A DNA stretch of 64,000 nt from sequence record OQ848593.1; one strand, written 5' to 3'. The position numbers and the translations under genes were made by a program. The DNA comes from Pseudomonas phage Pa_WF01. Each line of letters opens with the position of its first letter. The first letter of the stretch is position 1. Positions 9,710 to 17,303 of the stretch are shown piece after piece. Under the pieces are notes generated by a model that did not search any database, had not been told where the DNA came from, and was given only the letters and a program-made list of their open reading frames with translations.

Positions 9710-10857
9710 AGAATTGGTACTCCTGGGTTGTCGTTGTAGTGGTGAAACTCCCCATCAGAGAACACCACCAATGCATGGGGTTTGTTCTCTGCGGCCCACT
9801 TCATCACCGGGGCGATGGAGGTGCCACCTCGCCCCCTCAACTCTATGTTCATGAGGGCATTGAGGTTGGGGACCGTATCCACCGAACGGATGGAAGCGTC
9901 GAACTGGATGATATCCAGTTGTGTTGGTTTCAGCGTGACGAAGATGTTGGCGATCTCCGACAGGTAACGACGGATCTCTTCGTTGCTGACCGATGCCGAC
10001 AGGTCCATTGCGATGGCAATCCGAAGGAGTGCCTTACCGCGACGAGACGGCAGGTAGTACCGGTTGATCAACCGGCGGTTGGGACGTGCCCAAGTGAAGC
10101 CACCACGCTTGACCACCTGGAAGAACTGACGCAGCAGGTGAGGCAGGGGCAGCTTCGGGAACATCAGGCTGTCGATGAACACCTGCACTTCCCCTGGGAT
10201 GGAGCCAGGGTTGCCATTGGCACGGGCAGCAGTAGCAGCACTGAGGATCAGATCGTTGATGGCTCCCTGGATCTCCGTCTCGGACATGGGGGTACCATCG
10301 TCCTTGGTCGGTGCAGGCCGGGAGATGTCATCGAACGGCACCGGGTTACCACTGCCGCTATTTCCCTGCATTGGTGAAGACAAGCCACCACCACCTTGGG
10401 TCTGCTGCTCCTGATAGAGGGCAGCGTAGACATCCTCGGTGGACATGTCGGCGAACTTCGGATCGCACACCCAGTTGCACTTGGCACCAGTCCTGTAGTC
10501 CGTCCAGGAAATGGGACCGTACCCACAAGCCAACAAGTTGTTGTTGATCACGTGGTCCCCTGCGATGTTGTACATCTTGGGGTCACGGTCACCCATACGG
10601 ACTTTACCGATGTGATGCCGCCAGACGTGTTCGATCTCGTGGAGGATCACGGCCTTTCGGCTCGTTTCATCCAGGGACATGAAGAACTTGGGATCGATGA
10701 ACATGGTCACGCCGTCAATGGCAGCAGTACCCATGCCCTCTTCCCACACGTACTTCAGACCCATCATGATGTTGGCGTAGAAACTCACCTTGGAGTCTCC
10801 GATGATGCGAATCTTCGCCTTGGAAAGGGCGATGTCTTCAGCAGAACGATCACTCAT
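9628..10857 (-). CDS. VWA-domain protein with N-terminal HExxH putative metallopeptidase-like domain (DUF2201-type MoxR partner)
   Basis: 409 aa. HEIEHVWRHH motif in the N-terminal half. The C-terminal half has a VWA-like layout (DLSASVS..SDGEF). It sits downstream of the MoxR ATPase. Confidence 0.65.
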   Translation of the reverse strand: MSDRSAEDIALSKAKIRIIGDSKVSFYANIMMGLKYVWEEGMGTAAIDGVTMFIDPKFFMSLDETSRKAVILHEIEHVWRHHIGKVRMGDRDPKMYNIAGDHVINNNLLACGYGPISWTDYRTGAKCNWVCDPKFADMSTEDVYAALYQEQQTQGGGGLSSPMQGNSGSGNPVPFDDISRPAPTKDDGTPMSETEIQGAINDLILSAATAARANGNPGSIPGEVQVFIDSLMFPKLPLPHLLRQFFQVVKRGGFTWARPNRRLINRYYLPSRRGKALLRIAIAMDLSASVSNEEIRRYLSEIANIFVTLKPTQLDIIQFDASIRSVDTVPNLNALMNIELRGRGGTSIAPVMKWAAENKPHALVVFSDGEFHHYNDNPGVPILWLIHPYNRKSNWTAPYGQVILFDPKE

Positions 10858-11375
10858 TACTCACCTCCGATGATGGCCATCGCCTTAGCGAACTTGCACC
10901 ACTCAACTTGATTGTGGGTTTCAGGTATTAAGGAAACAACAGCCAGAGACTGGGCCACGAAAACTTCTTCTTCGTCAAAAATCCAGTGACCATTTAGTGG
11001 ATTGGTTATTCTTATTAGCTCCACCACTTCATTAATTGAAGCTGCGGTACCACCTAGTCGAGAGTAACTCAGGTTGTATTGGCTTTCACTATTACGGCAG
11101 TGACCCACATAAAGACCAGGTGTTACATATGAGCCGTCTGGGGGCTTAACGGTAACTACGTACGGACAAAATTCAGATGCTAGTTTTTCTAGTACTGATT
11201 TAGTACCGAGCTTGATCCCGTTCTGGATATCTTTTTCATAAATGCTAACTCTCCAGCCTTCGAATTCTCCAGTGAGTAGTCGATTGGGGGAGTCGCTGTT
11301 TGCATACTCGTCAACTATTGCTTGACCTGTGAGGTCTTCTTGACGAACCATAAAAAGTTCCCATCGACCACTCAC
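10857..11375 (-). CDS. hypothetical protein encoded on a low-GC insert between the MoxR ATPase and the VWA gene
   Basis: GTG start with AGGAGAATCCA upstream, directly after the MoxR stop. Roughly 42 % GC against about 57 % flanks. No recognisable motif. Confidence 0.5.
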   Translation of the reverse strand: MSGRWELFMVRQEDLTGQAIVDEYANSDSPNRLLTGEFEGWRVSIYEKDIQNGIKLGTKSVLEKLASEFCPYVVTVKPPDGSYVTPGLYVGHCRNSESQYNLSYSRLGGTAASINEVVELIRITNPLNGHWIFDEEEVFVAQSLAVVSLIPETHNQVEWCKFAKAMAIIGGE

Positions 11376-11386
11376 TGGATTCTCCT

Positions 11387-12457
11387 TTAGAACATGTTCA
11401 GGTTCTTCTTCACCCACTCCGAGATACGCGGATTCTGGATGAGACCCTTGTTGCGCTGGCAAGCCATACGCAGGGTGATCACCATGTGGTCCGGGTTGAA
11501 CCGGTCGAGGAAGATCAGGATCTTCTCGATGTTGTCCACCTTGGCGTTCTCGGCCAGCATCGAACACATGGCGAACATCAGACCCGGTTCATCCTTCGGC
11601 ACATGGATAGTGCTCGGGGAAGTCAGGATCTCTTCCAGGCTCGGCAAGCGACCGAAGTAGGCCAGGAACGACTTGAAGTCGGTGGCCACGGTACCGATGA
11701 TGCCCATGGCAGCGGCGAGGTTCAGCATGTCGTCCAGAGCGCGGGGATTCTGCTCCGGGGACATCTTCAGGAACCACTTCGAGAAGTCTTCCCAGGTACG
11801 CGGACACGCATAGACCCGACCGCTGTTCTGCGGATCGAAGGTGTAGAACGCACGGGGACTGAACTCCAGGAATGCCTGCACCTTGGTGGCGATGCCCAAC
11901 TTGGGGGCCACGATTTGAAGCCAGCGCTTCAGGTCATTACGGACCACGATGTGGTGCAGACGACTGATGAGAGCCGACGACATCGGGTTGACGATGGCAC
12001 CGTCGGTTTCCAGGTTACCAGCACCCATGACCAGGCACTTCGGATGGAGATCCTCGTTACCGATCTGACGATCCAGGATCAGCTTGTAAGCCGCCGCCTG
12101 GCGGTCATCGTCGGCACTGGTCAACTCGTCGAGGAACAGGAGCCAACCAGCGAAGGGTTCCCTGGTTTCGGGGTTGATGGGCAACTCGTCGCCGACCAGG
12201 GGGAACTGCTCGAATACCTGGAACTTGGCACGATCACCGGAGAGGTTCGGCAGGCCGTTGAGGTCAGCCGGGTCCATCTGGGTGAGGCGCAGGTCGATGA
12301 GCTTCAGGTTGTTTTCCTTGGCGATCTGCCGGGCCACCGCCGACTTACCGATGCCCGGCGAACCGTGGATCATCGGCTTGAGGCCGGCTCGCAGGAAGCT
12401 TTCGGCGATGAACTTGGCGTCGAAAATGGATACTTCTTGTTCCTGGGGGAAGTACAT
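11387..12457 (-). CDS. MoxR-like AAA+ ATPase
   Basis: 356 aa. Walker A GSPGIGKS, Walker B LLFLDELT. Architecture is MoxR-like, with the VWA partner downstream. Confidence 0.8.
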   Translation of the reverse strand: MYFPQEQEVSIFDAKFIAESFLRAGLKPMIHGSPGIGKSAVARQIAKENNLKLIDLRLTQMDPADLNGLPNLSGDRAKFQVFEQFPLVGDELPINPETREPFAGWLLFLDELTSADDDRQAAAYKLILDRQIGNEDLHPKCLVMGAGNLETDGAIVNPMSSALISRLHHIVVRNDLKRWLQIVAPKLGIATKVQAFLEFSPRAFYTFDPQNSGRVYACPRTWEDFSKWFLKMSPEQNPRALDDMLNLAAAMGIIGTVATDFKSFLAYFGRLPSLEEILTSPSTIHVPKDEPGLMFAMCSMLAENAKVDNIEKILIFLDRFNPDHMVITLRMACQRNKGLIQNPRISEWVKKNLNMF

Positions 12458-12488
12458 GGTGAACTCCTAAACAGTTGATTTGATTGGT

Positions 12489-12731
12489 TTAAGCCTTGGC
12501 TACTACGTCTTTCGGGTGTTCCCGGAAAGCGTGCAGCCGACCGCTGATGTGCCAGCATTCGGGCTTGGCGGTGTTGTTGACCCTGGTGTAGCTGCCACGA
12601 GCGTCGAAGGTCAGCATGGAGTAGCCTTCGGGACGCTCGGTGACAGTGAAGATCACCACGCGGGAACCATCACGAGTGACGTAGTTCCCAGGGCGGTCGA
12701 TGAGAACAGGTAGGTCTTGCAGCTTGCTCAT
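12489..12731 (-). CDS. hypothetical protein (80 aa)
   Basis: ATG overlaps the upstream TGA (ATGA) and is preceded by GGGAGG. The longer ORF-track start overlaps the ClpX-like gene. Confidence 0.45.
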   Translation of the reverse strand: MSKLQDLPVLIDRPGNYVTRDGSRVVIFTVTERPEGYSMLTFDARGSYTRVNNTAKPECWHISGRLHAFREHPKDVVAKA

Positions 12732-13561
12732 TTCAGCCTCCCGGTGCTGAAGTCGAGGGTACGGGCGAATTCCTTCTTGCCCGCTTGGGGCTTGGAGTCT
12801 TCGCCGGCGTTGATGTAGTACTGGTGGATCAAGGTGTTGATCAAGCGGACGCCAATGTTGCTGTCGGGATACTGGCGGCCGATCTCCTTGATCAGCCATT
12901 TCTCGGCCTTCTTGTGGTCTTCCTTCGGGAAGAGAGAGCGGTAGTTCGCCCACAGTTCCGACTCCTTGAGGTACTGGACCATCGCCTCCAGAGTCGGTTT
13001 CTCCAGGTTGTAGACCAATCCAGTACGACCGATGAACTCGGTCTTGACGCCGCACTTCAGCAGTTCGGTGGCGTCCATGTTCTCCTGGCCGTTGAACGCA
13101 CCGGCGAAGATGAACAGGGATCGCTCGACGCTGACCGTGTTGTACTTGCCGTAGTCGCCGAAGGTCTGGGTGGTACTGCCCTCCAGCACACGCAGGAACT
13201 CGTTCTGCACGCCGATGCTGATCTCGTTGGCATGGCTGTCGTTGGAATTACCAGAGAGGAACAGCTTGTCCATCTCGTCGCAGAATACGACGTTGGGGAC
13301 ATTGCCGAGGGTAGCCAGTGGGGCCAGTGCCTTACTCAGGCTCAGGCCGGAGTAGCCTTCCTTGGTCAGCGATGCACAGTTGACCTCGGTCATGGGCAGC
13401 ATGATGTCCAGGCGATTGCACTGGTCCATGATGTTGAAGGACTTGCCCGAACCAGAAGGGCCGGTCAACCAGAAGTGAGGACGAATCTCGCCTTCGGACG
13501 CTTTGAAGATGAGCAGGATCTTGCCGATCCGCTCGATTGTTTTTTCATTGGCTTGGGACAC
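12728..13561 (-). CDS. ClpX-like AAA+ unfoldase ATPase module lacking the zinc-binding N-domain and the IGF loop region
   Basis: 277 aa. Aligns by eye to ClpX blocks: GPSGSGKS.., LTKEGYSG versus LTEAGYVG, VVFCDEMDKL versus VYIDEIDKI, VQNEFLRVLEGS, LFIFAGAF, TEFIGR. Confidence 0.65.
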   Translation of the reverse strand: MSQANEKTIERIGKILLIFKASEGEIRPHFWLTGPSGSGKSFNIMDQCNRLDIMLPMTEVNCASLTKEGYSGLSLSKALAPLATLGNVPNVVFCDEMDKLFLSGNSNDSHANEISIGVQNEFLRVLEGSTTQTFGDYGKYNTVSVERSLFIFAGAFNGQENMDATELLKCGVKTEFIGRTGLVYNLEKPTLEAMVQYLKESELWANYRSLFPKEDHKKAEKWLIKEIGRQYPDSNIGVRLINTLIHQYYINAGEDSKPQAGKKEFARTLDFSTGRLK

Positions 13562-13619
13562 TGGTTAGTCTCCTTTAAACGGGAAGATTAATAAATCTGG
13601 GAATGCATAACCCCAAATA

Positions 13620-13805
13620 TTACTCGGAAGGGGTCCACTCACCTACAAAGAGTAGAAGGGTATTGTGATACCCCATCATGGCTCGCATGAAGTCATGATG
13701 ACTGCCCCCAGGAAGCAGATGTCTTGCTTCTTCGAGGGCTTCTTTTAAGGAACTGTGGGTTGGGTAGAGCTTCTGCTCTACCGGACTGAAATCACTGAAA
13801 TACAT
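13620..13805 (-). CDS. hypothetical protein (61 aa) on a low-GC island
   Basis: ORF co-oriented with neighbours in an AT-richer stretch. Confidence 0.35.
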   Translation of the reverse strand: MYFSDFSPVEQKLYPTHSSLKEALEEARHLLPGGSHHDFMRAMMGYHNTLLLFVGEWTPSE

Positions 13806-13813
13806 TTAAACTC

Positions 13814-14044
13814 CTAGTAAAAAAAGCCATACTTGAGGAGGTCTTTAATACCCCTCCAAACTGACTTGGTAATCCTAAAAACCACAACCAGAAAAATAAG
13901 AGGCAATCCGATAGGCCATAAAATTCCTAACGCTGCTGAGCGGTCATCCTCAAGGCCACCGAAAAGTGCGTAATCCACGATTACAGCTGTTATGATAGCT
14001 GCCGCAAAGTAGGACGCTATCAATACCGCAATGGTACCTAACAT
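13814..14044 (-). CDS. small membrane protein (2 predicted TM helices)
   Basis: Start at MLGTIAV, preceded by AAGGAGACAACTT. Hydrophobic segments are evident. Confidence 0.45.
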   Translation of the reverse strand: MLGTIAVLIASYFAAAIITAVIVDYALFGGLEDDRSAALGILWPIGLPLIFLVVVFRITKSVWRGIKDLLKYGFFY

Positions 14045-14264
14045 AAGTTGTCTCCTTGGTTTAATACACACAGTAGAATGCCGACAGTTACTCAGTGACT
14101 GCATCCTGTGCAGTTTGGAAACTCGGCATTCTCTTTATGTACTAATAGTCTGACTAGACTGTCTCGCCTTATGCGACGCTATGCGCAGGGAGTCGTTTAA
14201 AGGATTAACGCTAATGCATGTCTCTTGCTCCTAAACCAATAAAAGAATGAACAAACAGGACAAG

Positions 14265-14281
14265 AGCGTACGGAGTACGCT
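14265..14281. repeat. perfect hairpin AGCGTAC-GGA-GTACGCT, copy 1
   Basis: Identical 17-mer at 17038-17054. Overlaps the stop codon of the - strand gene 14280..14504. Confidence 0.7.
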
Positions 14282-14504
14282 AATGAATAACCTGTTCTCC
14301 TGTGAGGTACATCATCCCATCTGTACCGAAGCGGCCCGCCAGCCAACCTCGGAAGAACCCATGAATCAAAGGGTTGTCAGCGTAGTCTCCGAGACGGCTA
14401 CGCTTACTCGCCAGTTCTTCAGGGGTGATGATTACCCCGGCGAAGGACCACACACAGTGGCGGTACTCTTCTTCAAATTCCTTTCGCAGTTCGTCGCTGA
14501 TCAC
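14280..14504 (-). CDS. hypothetical protein (74 aa) with GTG start overlapping the upstream stop (GTGA)
   Basis: The ORF-track version starts 66 nt earlier inside the upstream gene. GTGA coupling recurs elsewhere in this genome. Confidence 0.4.
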   Translation of the reverse strand: MISDELRKEFEEEYRHCVWSFAGVIITPEELASKRSRLGDYADNPLIHGFFRGWLAGRFGTDGMMYLTGEQVIH

Positions 14505-15016
14505 TTCAGCATAGAACGCAGGTTGTTCAGCAGTGCCTCGCCACCCTTCAGGGACTGGACGTACAAGCACGCATCGTAGACGGTTTCGTCCAGGCCATGC
14601 TTCTGAACATGCTCCTTGCCGAAGCCGAGGGCATCCAGTAGTTCAGCCAGCTTGTTGCTCATCTGGGTGACCACCGCATCTTTCAGGATGGTGGTGGTCT
14701 GGTCGTCTCCCTTCTTCACCTCGAATTGGGCGACAGCTTCCCCAGAGTCCATCATACCCTGGATGTTCTGGCCGGTGAGCAGTACGTCGCTCTGGTGTAG
14801 ACGACCCGGTTGCATGACCGGACACTTGACCTTGTTGGCTTCCCGTAACAGCGTTTCAACCTGACCGCTGAGGTTTTCCACCATCTTGTTGGTTGCATCG
14901 ATATCTTCGAGGAGGATATCTCGCTTGTTGTTGAGAACTTCTACCCGACGACGCAATCTCTGCATCTTGCCCTTCATGGCAGAGATCTCGTATTGAAACT
15001 TGTCTTCGCTCATCAT
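14501..15016 (-). CDS. coiled-coil hypothetical protein
   Basis: Start MMSEDK overlaps the upstream stop. Heptad-rich sequence. Confidence 0.5.
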   Translation of the reverse strand: MMSEDKFQYEISAMKGKMQRLRRRVEVLNNKRDILLEDIDATNKMVENLSGQVETLLREANKVKCPVMQPGRLHQSDVLLTGQNIQGMMDSGEAVAQFEVKKGDDQTTTILKDAVVTQMSNKLAELLDALGFGKEHVQKHGLDETVYDACLYVQSLKGGEALLNNLRSMLK

Positions 15017-15576
15017 CACTTGTTCACCCCGTAGAGTTGGAAATGGTCGTTCAGTTCGGTGTAGCGGCGGCCATGCTTGTCGATCACAGCGATCTCGAAG
15101 CAGGCATTGCCACACCAGTTGCGGTGGATGGCGGTACCGAGCTCTTCGATTGTGACCTTCTTCCTGACACGTTCACCCGGCTCCCCTGGAAGCATTACCA
15201 GGGTGCCGCCGATGTTCTGCTTGGTGCAGAACTTCACATGGTCGTGCGTTACCTGGGCATGGATCAACTGCCATGCACCGGCAGTTAAGGGATGACGTAC
15301 CCACTCCATGCCTTTCACGTACACCACATGGTTGACCACATTGACGCCGACACGATCATTGCGCACGATGAAGCCATGACGCACATAGAAGAAGGAGCCC
15401 TTCAGGGCGCTGTACAGCTTTCCTACAGACAAGCCAGTGATGTAACCGGTCTGCTGGTGTCCCCAATTGTCGTGGTAGGTGAACTCCACCAGCTTGCCGT
15501 CAGCCAGGAAGTACAGGCAGCGCTCGATGGGAACTTCTATGGGTTTACCGCGCTGAAACCAGGTGATCTTTTCCAT
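15016..15576 (-). CDS. hypothetical protein
   Basis: 186-aa ORF packed head-to-tail with neighbours. Confidence 0.5.
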   Translation of the reverse strand: MEKITWFQRGKPIEVPIERCLYFLADGKLVEFTYHDNWGHQQTGYITGLSVGKLYSALKGSFFYVRHGFIVRNDRVGVNVVNHVVYVKGMEWVRHPLTAGAWQLIHAQVTHDHVKFCTKQNIGGTLVMLPGEPGERVRKKVTIEELGTAIHRNWCGNACFEIAVIDKHGRRYTELNDHFQLYGVNK

Positions 15577-16130
15577 CAGCGCTTACCCTTGACCAGACGA
15601 CGATGAGCCTTCGTCAGGTTCTCGCAGGAACGCAGCAGCAGATGGGGATTGTTGCTCCGCTGGAAGTTGGTGTACTCACGCATGACAGCATGTACTAGGG
15701 TGTCCATGGTCAGTTCGGCATCGCTACGGCGCTGCTTGCGAACCTTGTCCTTGAGGATCTCGATCTCCTTCTTGGCTTCAGCCAGCTGCTTTTCCAGGCC
15801 GGTGTCCACAGGCTCGAAGACTGTCTCTTCCACGACGAGTACGGGAACTGTTTCCTGGTCTCCATGGAATGGCTTGGCGAGTTCAGAGATCTTCTTGTCA
15901 CGGGCCTCTACCGCCTTCTTCAGATCCTTGATCTGGTTCTGGAGACGGTAGTTGTCGCTCTGGGTACGCGCATATAGACGACGGTTAACACGCGCTTCTT
16001 CCCGCGCTTCCCGAATTTTGTTATCCATTACATCTATGATTTGATCTTTTCGCTGTACTACCGTCTCATGGTTTTCAATCAGGCTGGTCACTTTTTCATC
16101 GAAACGCTTGCGGGAAACGAATGGGATCAT
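15576..16130 (-). CDS. coiled-coil hypothetical protein
   Basis: 184 aa, rich in K/E/R heptads. Confidence 0.5.
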   Translation of the reverse strand: MIPFVSRKRFDEKVTSLIENHETVVQRKDQIIDVMDNKIREAREEARVNRRLYARTQSDNYRLQNQIKDLKKAVEARDKKISELAKPFHGDQETVPVLVVEETVFEPVDTGLEKQLAEAKKEIEILKDKVRKQRRSDAELTMDTLVHAVMREYTNFQRSNNPHLLLRSCENLTKAHRRLVKGKR

Positions 16131-16753
16131 TGGAGTTCTCCATCTAGATATACCTGAAGGAACTTTCCATTCAGGGTGTATTTGAGTTGAAGTGTGCTGC
16201 CCTCGTAAGCACGTACATGAAGATTCCGTACACGCATATAGATGTCGTACATGAGGTCAGCAACAGCGAAGTTGTCAGGGTATTTTCTACGGGCTGCCCT
16301 GTACCCAACACGAAGCCAATCCATAGCGGTACTTGCCGCTTCCTGGATCACCTTCCTTGCCACTGGTTTAGAGAGATACTGAACTTCTCTTTCTATGGCT
16401 TCTTCGACAAGCTTACGAAGAAGCGAGAGGAACTCTTCCTCTTCATCTCCCAGCTTGAAACGCTTGCCTACGTTGTCGATGAGAAAGTCATTCTCGATGA
16501 TGAACATGGTGATGTCGTAGTACATCACCTGCTCAGGACGGGGTTCTGAGCCTGGGAAGCGACTCCACCAAGCAGTTTCACCACGAAGCCACCACATAGC
16601 ACCGAAGGCCCGCAACTCCGCTTCTAGACCTTCAGTACTGTCGATGTGCTCGAACGAGTCATGGATGACTGTCAATGGATCTCCTGGCTCGAAGGTATGC
16701 ATATCCTCCATGAGCCAGCCGCCATCCTCGAAGACGAAGTTACGGACTTGCAT
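16127..16753 (-). CDS. hypothetical protein
   Basis: 208-aa ORF. Confidence 0.5.
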   Translation of the reverse strand: MQVRNFVFEDGGWLMEDMHTFEPGDPLTVIHDSFEHIDSTEGLEAELRAFGAMWWLRGETAWWSRFPGSEPRPEQVMYYDITMFIIENDFLIDNVGKRFKLGDEEEEFLSLLRKLVEEAIEREVQYLSKPVARKVIQEAASTAMDWLRVGYRAARRKYPDNFAVADLMYDIYMRVRNLHVRAYEGSTLQLKYTLNGKFLQVYLDGELQ

Positions 16754-16756
16754 GGC

Positions 16757-16981
16757 TTAGCTCCCGACGTGAGCGTTCAACTTCTGGAGTTCCTCGTAGA
16801 TGCCGTAGCCCAGGAACCAGAAACCGAAGGTCATACCGATGCCGACAGCAGCGCCCAGCATTACCAGCAGGGCCACGAGGCCGTTGTAGACTGTCAAGGC
16901 GGCGACTGCCACGACTACGAAGACCAGGACAGCAGCGATCCAAGCCATGGTGTCCAGGAATTTCAGGTACGATTTGCGCAT
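16757..16981 (-). CDS. small membrane protein (2 TM)
   Basis: 74 aa, strongly hydrophobic. Follows the hairpin at 17038-17054. Confidence 0.5.
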   Translation of the reverse strand: MRKSYLKFLDTMAWIAAVLVFVVVAVAALTVYNGLVALLVMLGAAVGIGMTFGFWFLGYGIYEELQKLNAHVGS

Positions 16982-17037
16982 GGTGTTACTCCTTCTTCAA
17001 TTGAATGAACTCACTGGAAATCAGCGAAAATGCAAAA

Positions 17038-17054
17038 AGCGTACGGAGTACGCT
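17038..17054 (-). terminator. hairpin AGCGTAC-GGA-GTACGCT followed on the - strand by TTTTTGCATTTT, copy 2
   Basis: Lies directly after the stop of 17054..17206. Looks like an intrinsic terminator, but the GGA loop also resembles an N4 vRNAP promoter hairpin. Confidence 0.55.
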
Positions 17055-17206
17055 CAACCCCTGTTCTTCACAATGCACTCTCCATGGGCATAGAAGAGAT
17101 TGAGGTAGAACTTGGGAGACTCTCCGAACTTCTTGGACCTCTCTTCTGCACTGGGGACCAGTACTATTGGCTTACCACAGTACTTGCATAGCCTGTGTTT
17201 ACTCAT
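17054..17206 (-). CDS. small zinc-ribbon-like protein (CxxC..HGEC)
   Basis: Start MSKHRL, preceded by GAGGGGAGCTTAGAAACC. Stop is followed by a hairpin plus T-run on the - strand. Confidence 0.4.
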   Translation of the reverse strand: MSKHRLCKYCGKPIVLVPSAEERSKKFGESPKFYLNLFYAHGECIVKNRG

Positions 17207-17220
17207 GGTTTCTAAGCTCC

Positions 17221-17258
17221 CCTCAAAAAAATAAGCGCCCGATCCCATTTCTGGGATC
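17221..17258 (-). terminator. GATCCCA-GAAA-TGGGATC hairpin, then GGGCGCTTA and T7 on the - strand
   Basis: Stem-loop with GNRA-type loop. The 9-nt spacer before the T-run is atypical. Confidence 0.35.
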
Positions 17259-17279
17259 AGGCAAATTCAGGTTCATGGA

Positions 17280-17294
17280 GCGTCTGGAAGACGC
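17280..17294. promoter_or_regulatory. hairpin GCGTCT-GGA-AGACGC (6-bp stem, GGA loop) immediately downstream of the RNAP II gene
   Basis: Perfect inverted repeat with the same loop triplet as the 17-mer hairpins. Confidence 0.4.
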
Positions 17295-17303
17295 CCACTC
17301 ACC

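Noticed and set aside
11486-12478. 330-aa + strand ORF
   Set aside because: Antisense to the MoxR ATPase gene.
12785-13591. 268-aa + strand ORF
   Set aside because: Antisense to the ClpX-like gene.
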